From positions 1,312,001 to 1,376,000 of the forward strand of contig CAWGLD010000001.1 in NCBI GenBank assembly GCA_963823335.1: a stretch of DNA of 64,000 nt, written 5' to 3'. Shown here piece after piece: positions 18,759 to 27,381 of this stretch. The DNA is from an uncultured delta proteobacterium. Its GTDB lineage: Bacteria; Desulfobacterota; Desulfobacteria; Desulfobacterales; B30-G6. A program made the position numbers and the translations under genes. The stretch's first letter is position 1. The number at the start of each line of letters is the position of its first letter. The notes under the pieces were generated by a model. The model did no database searches, had not been told where the DNA came from, and worked only from the letters and a program-made list of their open reading frames with translations.

Positions 18759-20936
18759 ATGAACCTCTACGGCATACCCCCCCTGTTGACCCTTGTCTGT
18801 TTTGCCTTTCTGGCCATCGTTGTTCTGGTTCGCAAGAAAATGACCAACGTCAACACCCTTTTTTTTCTGTTGTGCGTAACCGGCGTCTTTCTGCATGCTG
18901 ACATCCTGATTCTGTTTAGCGTTGAAAGTCGTGAGGTTGCCCTTTGGTCCAGCCGTATCGATCATATCTTTGCTGTATATGCCATCCCGCTCTATATTCA
19001 TTTTTTTCATGCATACCTGAATATCCATCGTCGGAAGTGGTTGATCTATACGACCTATGCCGGGGCATTTGTGCTCATGTGGTTTGCATTGACCCCCCTG
19101 TGTATCGAAAAGATGAATCTATATGAATTCGGATATTTCGGAAGTGGCGGCAAACTATACCCTGTCATCGGTGTAGGTGCGGCCGTTGCTTCGCTTTACA
19201 GCCTTGCAATCATCTGCCTGGCCATACACAGGGAGCAGAACAGTGTTCAGAAGAACAAGCTGAAGTATATCCTGACCGGGTTTGGCGCCATGGGGTTTCT
19301 GAATGGGTTGAATGTGCTGCCGTTGCTGGGATATCCTTTCTATCCTCCGGGTACCTTCAGCTTTATTCCTTTGATCATTTTTGCTGTAGGTTTGTTCAGA
19401 TACGATTTGCTGGATATGGGTATCATCATTCAAAAAAGCCTCTTGTATTCCATTCTGACCCTTTTTCTGACCTGTCTCTATGCGACGGTGGTAACTTTTT
19501 CAAATCAATTATTTCAGAAAAATGTTTTTGCGGACACGCTTTATTTCCAGGTGATCTTTTTCCTGGTGGTGGTAATTGTTTTTGGTCCGCTTCAGGCGCG
19601 GGTACAGAAGATTATCGTGCCCTATTTTCAACGGGAAACGGCAGCGCTTAAAGATGCCATGCGTCATGTCAGCCCAAAGTTGTCCGCTGCTTTGGATGAG
19701 AGTACCATTGTCCAGATTCTGTTGGCGGCATTGATGGATAGTCTCAAGGTATGTCACTGCACGATCTATCTGGAGGATATATCTCAGGAAGGTTTCAGGC
19801 GGTTTGCGTCAAAAAGCCTTGTTCGTCAGACATTTCCCCAGGCATATGTGCCAAGCACTGATTCTCTGATGAGTGTGTTGAAGCATCAGGTTGGACCTGT
19901 GAACCGAAATCAGGTGATGCAGAGGACCAACGAGCAGGATCATGGACAATGTCTCTATGATATGGACAAGTTATGGGCGGAAATTGTTTTTCCCATGAAA
20001 AGCAAAGATCACCTTATGGGCTTTATCGTGCTGGGTGAAAAAGAATCGAGAAATCTTTTTGGTGGAGAAGAAAGCGGTTTGGTGATGATGCTGGCCATGC
20101 AGGCTTCCCTGGCCATTGAAAACGCCCGGGCATACAAGCATGTGGACAGGTTGAACAAAAATCTCGAGGCAAAGGTTCATGAAAGAACCATCGCGCTGGA
20201 AAATGCGCTGTCAGAGGTAAAAAAATCCCAGGAGCTTCTGATCCGCTCTGAAAGTCTGGCTGCCATTGGTCAGCTGGTGGCTGGCGTTGCCCATGAACTC
20301 AACAATCCCATTTCAGCGGCCATGAGCCTGATACAATCGACCCAGGCCGATTTTGAAGTCTACAACATTCCTGACAAGGACACCGTCAGGAAGGATATCG
20401 CCTTCAGCCTGAAAGCGCTCGGCCGGGCAAAGGAAATCGTCTCGAGTCTTTTATGTTTATCCCGCCAGACCGATTCTTATTCCGAATTCGTCGATGTCAA
20501 CGAGGTCGCCCAGGACGCATTGCGTGTTTTGGATGGCCAGATCAGACGAAGCCATATTCAAATCGAGAAAAATTTTCAATGTCCTATTCCTTCCATTAAG
20601 GGTAATTTTGCCCATTTAGGACAGGTTGCCATCAATATCATTCAGAATGCCTACCAATCCATGCGGGGCCGGCAAGGCAGTGTCGTGTTGACCACACGGC
20701 ATCAAACAGATAAGAATCAGATTGTTTTTTCCTGTCGGGATCATGGCCCCGGTATCAATCCTTCCATTCAAAAAGACATTTTCAAACCTTTCTTTACCAC
20801 CAAGCCGGTGGGGCAGGGAACTGGCCTGGGGCTCTATCTCAGCCATGAAATCGTTCGAAAGCATCAAGGCAGAATTGTGCAGGAAAATCCCACCCAGGGC
20901 GGCGCCCTGTTCGAGGTATATCTCCCGGTAAGCTAA
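18759..20936 (+). CDS. Membrane sensor histidine kinase (multi-TM N-terminus, GAF-like domain, HisKA, HATPase)
   Basis: Many TM helices; AGVAHELNNP H-box, NIIQNA, DHGPGI, FFTTKPVGQGTGLGL. Confidence 0.9.
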   Translation: MNLYGIPPLLTLVCFAFLAIVVLVRKKMTNVNTLFFLLCVTGVFLHADILILFSVESREVALWSSRIDHIFAVYAIPLYIHFFHAYLNIHRRKWLIYTTYAGAFVLMWFALTPLCIEKMNLYEFGYFGSGGKLYPVIGVGAAVASLYSLAIICLAIHREQNSVQKNKLKYILTGFGAMGFLNGLNVLPLLGYPFYPPGTFSFIPLIIFAVGLFRYDLLDMGIIIQKSLLYSILTLFLTCLYATVVTFSNQLFQKNVFADTLYFQVIFFLVVVIVFGPLQARVQKIIVPYFQRETAALKDAMRHVSPKLSAALDESTIVQILLAALMDSLKVCHCTIYLEDISQEGFRRFASKSLVRQTFPQAYVPSTDSLMSVLKHQVGPVNRNQVMQRTNEQDHGQCLYDMDKLWAEIVFPMKSKDHLMGFIVLGEKESRNLFGGEESGLVMMLAMQASLAIENARAYKHVDRLNKNLEAKVHERTIALENALSEVKKSQELLIRSESLAAIGQLVAGVAHELNNPISAAMSLIQSTQADFEVYNIPDKDTVRKDIAFSLKALGRAKEIVSSLLCLSRQTDSYSEFVDVNEVAQDALRVLDGQIRRSHIQIEKNFQCPIPSIKGNFAHLGQVAINIIQNAYQSMRGRQGSVVLTTRHQTDKNQIVFSCRDHGPGINPSIQKDIFKPFFTTKPVGQGTGLGLYLSHEIVRKHQGRIVQENPTQGGALFEVYLPVS

Positions 20937-21126
20937 CCCAACCTTAGGGCTAAGTTGACTCATCCCTTGACAAACTTTGTTCGATAGTATTAAAAATACT
21001 ATTTGTGCTATGGTGATACCTGTGATGACTGACCGCCGGGCGACGCATGTTATCCGGCAGCGAAGATTTCCAGTAGTCGGTTTTCAGAGATGAGAGTTTG
21101 AATCCATTTAGGTTATGGGGTTTACG

Positions 21127-21372
21127 ATGCCAATATACGAATTTAAATGCCTGAAGTGTGAAGCGTTCTTCGAAATTCTTGTCATGAATAAACGTGAGTC
21201 AGTTGAGATGGTCTGTCCGGAATGCAATGCTGAAGATGTCGAGCGGGTTATCAGCAGCACCCATCATACCATCAACGCGGCATCCGGAACCAAGCAGGGT
21301 GCCGCGAGCCAGACACGAAACTGTTCCAGCGGGTCATGTACGACCTACACGATTCCAGGTCCAAACGGCTGA
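21127..21372 (+). CDS. FmdB family zinc-ribbon protein
   Basis: MPIYEFKCLKC...CPEC...VERVIS. Confidence 0.85.
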   Translation: MPIYEFKCLKCEAFFEILVMNKRESVEMVCPECNAEDVERVISSTHHTINAASGTKQGAASQTRNCSSGSCTTYTIPGPNG

Positions 21373-21407
21373 TACTTACACGCAAATTCCATCGTCAAGG
21401 TCATGTA

Positions 21408-22103
21408 ATGCATTCTATCCATCTTCAGGAAAAAGAACAGTTCAAGAAACTCTTTGAGCAGGAAGGTATCGACTACCTGGAAGACCGTATGAAGGTTCTG
21501 GAAGCTTTTTTTCAGACAGAACAGCACCTTTCAGAAGCTGAACTGTCCGAAATTATAAAAGATAAAAACCTGAGCCTGACACCTGCCTTTATTTCGGATA
21601 CCCTGGATCTCTTGTGCCGGTATGGATTTGCTCACCGGCACCGGTTTAATAACGGTGTCATTCAATATGAGCACCGGCATATCGGCCAGCATCATGACCA
21701 TATGATCTGCACCAAGTGTAACCAGATCATCGAGTTTAAAAATAATCAGCTTGAAGATCTTCAATTGCAGGTTGCGGCAACGCATGGGTTTCATATGCTG
21801 CAGCATAAAATGGAAATTTACGGCATCTGTACGCATTGTCTCAAGCGACGATTGTCTTTGATGCCGTTGATGGCGGCAAAACAGGGTGAGGTATTGATTG
21901 TCAGGCGTTTTAAAGGGGGCACCAGATCCCAGATGCGTCTGATGAGCATGGGCTTGCGGGTGGGGGACCGAATCGATGTGATTTCAAACCTGAACCAGGG
22001 GCAGCTAGTTATCGCTCTGGACTATAAACGGCTGGTTCTAGGACGCGGACTGGCGGAAAAAATAATGGTTCAGCCATTGGACCCGGAAGCGGGTGCGGCA
22101 TGA
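21408..22103 (+). CDS. Fur family transcriptional repressor fused to a FeoA domain
   Basis: HHDHMICTKC, EIYGICTHC; C-terminal RLMSMGLRVGDRI...LGRGLAEKIMV (FeoA). Confidence 0.88.
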   Translation: MHSIHLQEKEQFKKLFEQEGIDYLEDRMKVLEAFFQTEQHLSEAELSEIIKDKNLSLTPAFISDTLDLLCRYGFAHRHRFNNGVIQYEHRHIGQHHDHMICTKCNQIIEFKNNQLEDLQLQVAATHGFHMLQHKMEIYGICTHCLKRRLSLMPLMAAKQGEVLIVRRFKGGTRSQMRLMSMGLRVGDRIDVISNLNQGQLVIALDYKRLVLGRGLAEKIMVQPLDPEAGAA

Positions 22104-22531
22104 AATTCGTTTCAGTGTTGACCTTTGTGGTAATTATGTCGACCAGCAGTATTGCCATGGCGGAACGACTCTCGGTGTCATCAAAAATCGCCAATATTCG
22201 ATCCGGTCCTGGAACCGGCTATGAAATCCTTTGGAAGGTCGAAAACTACCATCCGATAGTGGTGATCAAAAAGTCGGGTTTGTGGGTCAACTTTCGCGAT
22301 TTTGAAGGTGATGAGGGCTGGATACACACTTCCCTGACCGATAAAAAACCCACTGTGATCACTATCAAAGACACGTGCAATGTCCGAACCGGACCCGGTA
22401 CGAACCACGATGTTATTTTTACGGTGGAAAAAGGAATTCCATTCCTGATTATGGATCGGCAGAAAGACTGGATTCAAATCAAACATTCGGACGGAGACAG
22501 GGGCTGGATACACAAGTCCCTGATCTGGTAA
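22100..22531 (+). CDS. Exported protein with two SH3b domains
   Basis: Signal peptide; NIRSGPGT...GWIH repeated as NVRTGPGT...GWIH. Confidence 0.88.
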   Translation: MKFVSVLTFVVIMSTSSIAMAERLSVSSKIANIRSGPGTGYEILWKVENYHPIVVIKKSGLWVNFRDFEGDEGWIHTSLTDKKPTVITIKDTCNVRTGPGTNHDVIFTVEKGIPFLIMDRQKDWIQIKHSDGDRGWIHKSLIW

Positions 22532-22535
22532 CACC

Positions 22536-23537
22536 ATGCCGGCACCTGTACGTTTAAATAAAGCAAGGGATGTCATTGTCGGTATCGGCAACGCCCTTGT
22601 GGATATCCTTTCCCATGCAGACGATGTCTTTGTCGAGAAGACAGGTTTCGGGAAAGGCGGGATGAACTATGTTGACACAGACTTTATCGACAAGATGATT
22701 GCCATGGTGCCGGGCACGCCCGTTGTCGTTCCAGGTGGTTCGGCGTGCAACACCATCATCGGTGTGGGAAAACTCGGCGGTAAAGCCCGCTTCATAGGAA
22801 AATGTGGTCAAGACACCCTGGGAGATCTATTTAGCAAAGAGCTTCAAAACAGTCATGTGGATCCTTTTCTGATGACGAGTGCATTGTCCACCGGGAGGGT
22901 TTTTTCGATTGTGACACCCGATGCACAGCGTTCCATGTTTACATATCTTGGCGCGGCGTCTGAGTTGAGACCGGGCGAAATCGCCGGGTGTAGTTTTCTG
23001 GATGCAGCAGTGGTTCATATTGAAGGATACCTTCTCTTCAACAATGACTTGATTATGAAGGCTTTGAGTCGGGCAAAAGAGGATGGCGCCCTGATTTCCC
23101 TGGACCTGGCTAGCTATACGGTTGTTGAATCGTCTAAGATGCTATTGGAAACAATTGTTACCGAGTATGTTGACATTCTCATCGCCAATGAAGATGAGGC
23201 TGCTGTTTTCACTGGGCATTTTGATGAACGAAAGGCGATTGAAGCTCTCTCTGAAAGAGCCAGGATAGCGGTGTTGAAAGTCGGAGAGCGTGGGAGCTAT
23301 GTCGCGCAGGATGGCGAAATCGTAAAAATAGATCCCTTGGGAAAAGGTCCTGTCATCGATACCACCGGCGCAGGTGATTTATGGGCGTCCGGGTTTTTAT
23401 TTGGACTCACCCGGGGTTATTCTGTCGAAACGTGTGGCAGAATTGCCTCCGCTTGTGGCAGCGAGGTGTGTCAGGTTGTCGGTGCGACCATTCCCGATGA
23501 GGGCTGGGCACGCATAAAAAGGATATGGGAGGATTAA
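22536..23537 (+). CDS. PfkB family kinase (adenosine kinase-like)
   Basis: GIGNALVD, PGGSACNT, ANEDEA, DTTGAGD. Confidence 0.9.
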   Translation: MPAPVRLNKARDVIVGIGNALVDILSHADDVFVEKTGFGKGGMNYVDTDFIDKMIAMVPGTPVVVPGGSACNTIIGVGKLGGKARFIGKCGQDTLGDLFSKELQNSHVDPFLMTSALSTGRVFSIVTPDAQRSMFTYLGAASELRPGEIAGCSFLDAAVVHIEGYLLFNNDLIMKALSRAKEDGALISLDLASYTVVESSKMLLETIVTEYVDILIANEDEAAVFTGHFDERKAIEALSERARIAVLKVGERGSYVAQDGEIVKIDPLGKGPVIDTTGAGDLWASGFLFGLTRGYSVETCGRIASACGSEVCQVVGATIPDEGWARIKRIWED

Positions 23538-24226
23538 TGGCAAAACAGAAACGGGTTACACGAAAACAGCTGCTCAAGGAGCCGGATGAATTTATCACCA
23601 CTACCGGCAGGGTAATTGGATGGGGGAGGAAATATACAAGGCAATTGGCATATGCCGCAGGCGCCTTTTTGCTCCTCTTGGTGATCATTGCCGGGTATCG
23701 GTTTTTTTCAAGCAGTGCTGAAAACAAGGCTTTTTTGTTGCTTGATCAGGCCGTAGGCAAATATGAAGCCCAAAAAACGGACATGGATGCCCTTGTCGCC
23801 TATGAAGGTGCCAGGGAAGATTTTGAATATATCATCAATAAATATGACAATACAGAAGCGGGGAAGCTGGCGACAGTGGTGTTCGCCGGGATGAGCTATG
23901 ATGTGGGTGAGGCAGAAAAGGCGATTCAACTATACCAAGCCGCGTTGCCTTATTTTAAAGGCGATACGACCTATCAAAATTTTTTATGGAGTGGTCTTGG
24001 GTATTGTTATGAAAAAAAGAAGGATGTCCGTATGGCGATATCCTGGTTTGAGAAAATTGCCGATGGACAAGATCCGGTTGCCAAGGACGTGGCGCTGTTC
24101 AATATGGGCCGGCTCTATCACGAACTGGGAGATACGGCTAAAAGCAAACAGGCCTATGAAAGACTGGTGGCAGAACACACGGATTCCATCTACTATCAGT
24201 TGGCCATGGAAAAGATCGCCGGATGA
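23537..24226 (+). CDS. Membrane-anchored TPR protein (YfgM-like)
   Basis: RKQLLKEPDEF, single TM helix, TPR repeats; GGAGG RBS. Confidence 0.8.
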   Translation: MAKQKRVTRKQLLKEPDEFITTTGRVIGWGRKYTRQLAYAAGAFLLLLVIIAGYRFFSSSAENKAFLLLDQAVGKYEAQKTDMDALVAYEGAREDFEYIINKYDNTEAGKLATVVFAGMSYDVGEAEKAIQLYQAALPYFKGDTTYQNFLWSGLGYCYEKKKDVRMAISWFEKIADGQDPVAKDVALFNMGRLYHELGDTAKSKQAYERLVAEHTDSIYYQLAMEKIAG

Positions 24227-24303
24227 AATAGAAATGGCTAATCCTTTTATTCGGATTAGCCATTAAGGAGGAGAATAGATGAAAAATTTATTGGCAAACT
24301 GCC
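24226..24303 (-). ncRNA. Candidate sigma-54-dependent small RNA (~78 nt)
   Basis: Predicted +1 at 24303; 5' hairpin GGCA-GUU-UGCC, unpaired UUUUUCAUCUAUUCUCCUCCUU, then a 12-bp hairpin and U-rich tail. Confidence 0.55.
24233..24264. terminator. Intrinsic terminator hairpin (U-rich tail on the minus strand)
   Basis: AATGGCTAATCC-N8-GGATTAGCCATT perfect 12-bp stem. Confidence 0.7.
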
Positions 24304-24313
24304 AATTTGATAA

Positions 24314-24330
24314 TGCAATTTTGCTGCCAA
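24314..24330 (-). promoter_or_regulatory. Sigma-54 (-24/-12) promoter
   Basis: Minus strand TTGGCAGCAAAATTGCA versus consensus TGGCACG-N4-TTGCW, with exact GG/GC spacing. Confidence 0.7.
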
Positions 24331-24444
24331 GATGAAGTTTTTTTTCATAAAGGACGCAATTAATTATTTCTCTTAATTTTCAATATATTATCGAGCCAGT
24401 CTCCTCCATCATATATTGTCGTCTATCACCATAACCCCTGTCTA

Positions 24445-24481
24445 TTTCCAAATGGAAACTCGCTCGTTTCCATTTGGAAAC
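24445..24481. promoter_or_regulatory. Tandem palindromes: putative enhancer (UAS) for an NtrC-type activator; may also fold as a terminator of the regulator gene
   Basis: TTTCCA-AA-TGGAAA and TTTCCA-TT-TGGAAA about two helical turns apart, 140-180 nt upstream of the sigma-54 start. Confidence 0.6.
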
Positions 24482-24494
24482 AATGCTGCTTCTA

Positions 24495-25868
24495 TTAATC
24501 ACTGACGATTCCATACTTCTTCAGTTTTTTGTTGAATCCGCTTCTCCCGATACCTAGCAGTTGAGCGGCTTCGGATTGGACATGGTTGCAGCTTGTCAAT
24601 GCCCGTAAAAGCATTTTCTTTTCAATATCTGCAAGTGTTTCGAACAATCTTGCATCCATGGGAATGTTCTCCAGCTGAAGCTCTCTTGTGAGGTCGCTTT
24701 TGAAATATCTGGGTAAGTCGGAAACCCGGATAATGTCATCCGGGCATAAAACCATGGCGCGCTCAATTGTATTTTCAAGTTCTCTGATGTTGCCGGGCCA
24801 GTCATGCCGATAGAAAATCTGTTCCACTTCCCTTTCGATACCCTTGACAGGAACACCCATTCTTCTTTCGGCCGCATACTTGTCGATGAAATGGTCCACC
24901 AGGAGTCTCAGGTCTTCCACGCGCTGGCGCAATGGGGGTAGATCGATGTATACAACATTCAATCGATAAAAGAGATCTTCTCTGAAGCGCCCTTTCTTAA
25001 CCTCTTCCCTCAAGCGCTTGTTTGTGGCCGTAATCAACCGGAAATTAACTGCAACTTGTCGCAGTCCCCCGACTCTTTCAAAGATTTTGTCCTGCAGAAC
25101 CCGCAGCAGTTTTACCTGAAGAGATGGCGACAATTCACCTATTTCGTCTAGGAAGAGCGTTCCGCCTTCGGCCAACTCGAAGCGCCCCTTTTTTGTTGCG
25201 ACAGCACCGGTGAAGGCACCTTTTTCATGCCCGAAAAGCTCACTTTCGAGAAGGCTCTCCGCAAGAGCCGAGCAGTTGACCGCTATAAAAGGATGATTGT
25301 GGCGGGGGCTGTTGTAGTGAATCGACTTGGCAACCAGGTCTTTTCCAGTGCCACTTTCCCCTTCGATCAGGATAGAAGCAGTGACCGGGGCAATTTTTTT
25401 GATGAGGTCAAAAATATTCTGCATTTTTGGGCTCTTACCGATAATATTCCCAAAGCTGTACTGGGATTCGACGGTTTCACGCAAACGGCGGTTTTCTTTA
25501 ATGACCCGATACATCTGAATGGCTTTGTTGACATATATGACCAGACGTTCGTTATCAAACGGTTTCAAAATATAATTGTAGGCACCTTTTTGCATCGCTT
25601 CTACAGCTTTTTCAACCGTTCCATGTGCTGTCATCATGATGACCGGGATACCCGGGTCTTTTTCCTTGATCCGTTCCAGGAGCTCGATACCATCCATGGA
25701 CGGCATTTTCATATCGGTTAGTACCAGGTCAACATCTGAATTTTTCAAGACAGATAACGCCTCTTCGCCGCTATAGGCCGTCAGCGTTTCAAACCCTTCC
25801 TCTTCAAGAACCGCACTGAGTATTGGCGGATAGTTTTTTTCATCATCAACGATGAGTATCGTTTCCAT
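24495..25868 (-). CDS. Sigma-54-dependent response regulator (NtrC family)
   Basis: REC domain (VDDE, TDMKMP), [37 protein letters not shown], Fis-type HTH. Confidence 0.95.
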   Translation of the reverse strand: METILIVDDEKNYPPILSAVLEEEGFETLTAYSGEEALSVLKNSDVDLVLTDMKMPSMDGIELLERIKEKDPGIPVIMMTAHGTVEKAVEAMQKGAYNYILKPFDNERLVIYVNKAIQMYRVIKENRRLRETVESQYSFGNIIGKSPKMQNIFDLIKKIAPVTASILIEGESGTGKDLVAKSIHYNSPRHNHPFIAVNCSALAESLLESELFGHEKGAFTGAVATKKGRFELAEGGTLFLDEIGELSPSLQVKLLRVLQDKIFERVGGLRQVAVNFRLITATNKRLREEVKKGRFREDLFYRLNVVYIDLPPLRQRVEDLRLLVDHFIDKYAAERRMGVPVKGIEREVEQIFYRHDWPGNIRELENTIERAMVLCPDDIIRVSDLPRYFKSDLTRELQLENIPMDARLFETLADIEKKMLLRALTSCNHVQSEAAQLLGIGRSGFNKKLKKYGIVSD

Positions 25869-25908
25869 ATATTTATCCCCTAATTTGAAACGCTCAACTT
25901 AGGTATTC

Positions 25909-27318
25909 TTATCTTGCCGGCAGTTCCACTGTTACAGCGACACCCTTGTCGGAACGGTTTTCTATATGAACAACACCATTGTGGGCCTCAATGATATTCT
26001 TAACAATCCCCAGACCAAGACCGGTGCCTTTTTCCTTGGTGGTAAAAAACGGGTCCCATATTTTTGCGTTGATTTCTTCAGGGATGCCTCGCCCTTCATC
26101 AAGAAATTGAATTTTTACCAGGTCTGCCTCTGCAATGATGCTGATCTGGATGTTGCCTCCATCCGGCATTGCCTGCATGGCATTTATCAATATGTTCAAA
26201 AAAGCCTGGTAGAGCATATCTTTATCGGCCATGATCTCGGGAAGATCAGGCGCATACAGTGTATCGAATGTATATCCCTTATTTTTGGCTTCGGTTGCAA
26301 TAAATTTGAGGTTTTTTTCCAGAACCGCTTCTATCCGGCAGACGATGAAATCTGGTTGCCGGGGCCGGGCAAAATTCAGAAAGTCTGTTATGATATTGTT
26401 CAGGCGCCCACCTTCCTCGATAATGATATCGGGAATCGTGCTGGATGCATCGTATGATGCCATTTTCTTTTTCAGGAGTTCCGCCGAGCTTCTGATAATA
26501 CCCAGCGGGTTACGTATTTCATGTGAAACGCTCGCAACCATTTCGCCGATGGAGGACAAATGTTCGGCACGGTTGAGTTGCTCTTTGAGCCTGAGCTGCT
26601 CTTTTGCCCGCTGCTCGATGATGGATTCTCCTCTTTTTACAACAAAGAGGAGAATCAGAAAAAGCAGGATCATGACGGCCATGATGGTGATGACAACCAG
26701 AATCTGGAAATTGAAAATGGTCCGGTAACTATCGGTGATATCCTGTGTAATTTCAATTACACCAATGATCGGCCCGGTAATGGAGGCCAGGGATTTTTCC
26801 GCACGAAGGGGGGCAAATGTGGTCACCTTGATTGTTTTTGGGATTCCAAGCGTAATTTCCCAGAAGCCGCCGTTCTGTTCGATTTCCGATGTCGAAACAC
26901 CCATGAGAGCCGTCTGATAGGAATGACCGCCGATATCCTTGATCCCCATGAGTTCCTGGTCAAAACTATAGGCAATGATGTCGTTCAGGTCATACAGGTT
27001 GACCATTTCGATGCTATAGCCGTGAAGGGTTCCCCTTATGAGGGTGTCCATGCGTTCGTACTGGCTTTTATTCCTGAGTTGAATTTTACCGTATCGCAGG
27101 GACATGGGGATGATGAACTGCCTGAAAATCTGGTGATTCAGATTGGACACCAATAGTTGCGCGTACTCATCATTCTTTTTTAGCTGCAATTTACGTGCCC
27201 AATGGGTGTTCAGGTAGGAGAGCACGATGGCGCCGATAAATATGAAGATAAAACTGGTAATGGAAAAGTATTTGTAGAGTTTGAAGGATTTTGTTTTGTT
27301 TTGTGGTTTGGCTGTCAT
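25909..27318 (-). CDS. Sensor histidine kinase
   Basis: Two TM helices around a periplasmic domain; [34 protein letters not shown]. Confidence 0.93.
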   Translation of the reverse strand: MTAKPQNKTKSFKLYKYFSITSFIFIFIGAIVLSYLNTHWARKLQLKKNDEYAQLLVSNLNHQIFRQFIIPMSLRYGKIQLRNKSQYERMDTLIRGTLHGYSIEMVNLYDLNDIIAYSFDQELMGIKDIGGHSYQTALMGVSTSEIEQNGGFWEITLGIPKTIKVTTFAPLRAEKSLASITGPIIGVIEITQDITDSYRTIFNFQILVVITIMAVMILLFLILLFVVKRGESIIEQRAKEQLRLKEQLNRAEHLSSIGEMVASVSHEIRNPLGIIRSSAELLKKKMASYDASSTIPDIIIEEGGRLNNIITDFLNFARPRQPDFIVCRIEAVLEKNLKFIATEAKNKGYTFDTLYAPDLPEIMADKDMLYQAFLNILINAMQAMPDGGNIQISIIAEADLVKIQFLDEGRGIPEEINAKIWDPFFTTKEKGTGLGLGIVKNIIEAHNGVVHIENRSDKGVAVTVELPAR

Positions 27319-27381
27319 ACGCTCGTCTTGAAATATTAAATCCCTGCTGCGATTACCGTGAAAAAGCTTGAGTCGAATTTA

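Noticed and set aside
21010-21085. Possible riboswitch in the FmdB gene leader
   Set aside because: Only a modest hairpin with several G-U pairs; no recognisable aptamer consensus
26515-26530. parS-like TATTTCATGTGAAACG
   Set aside because: Three mismatches to TGTTTCACGTGAAACA and explained by the VSHEI H-box codons of the kinase
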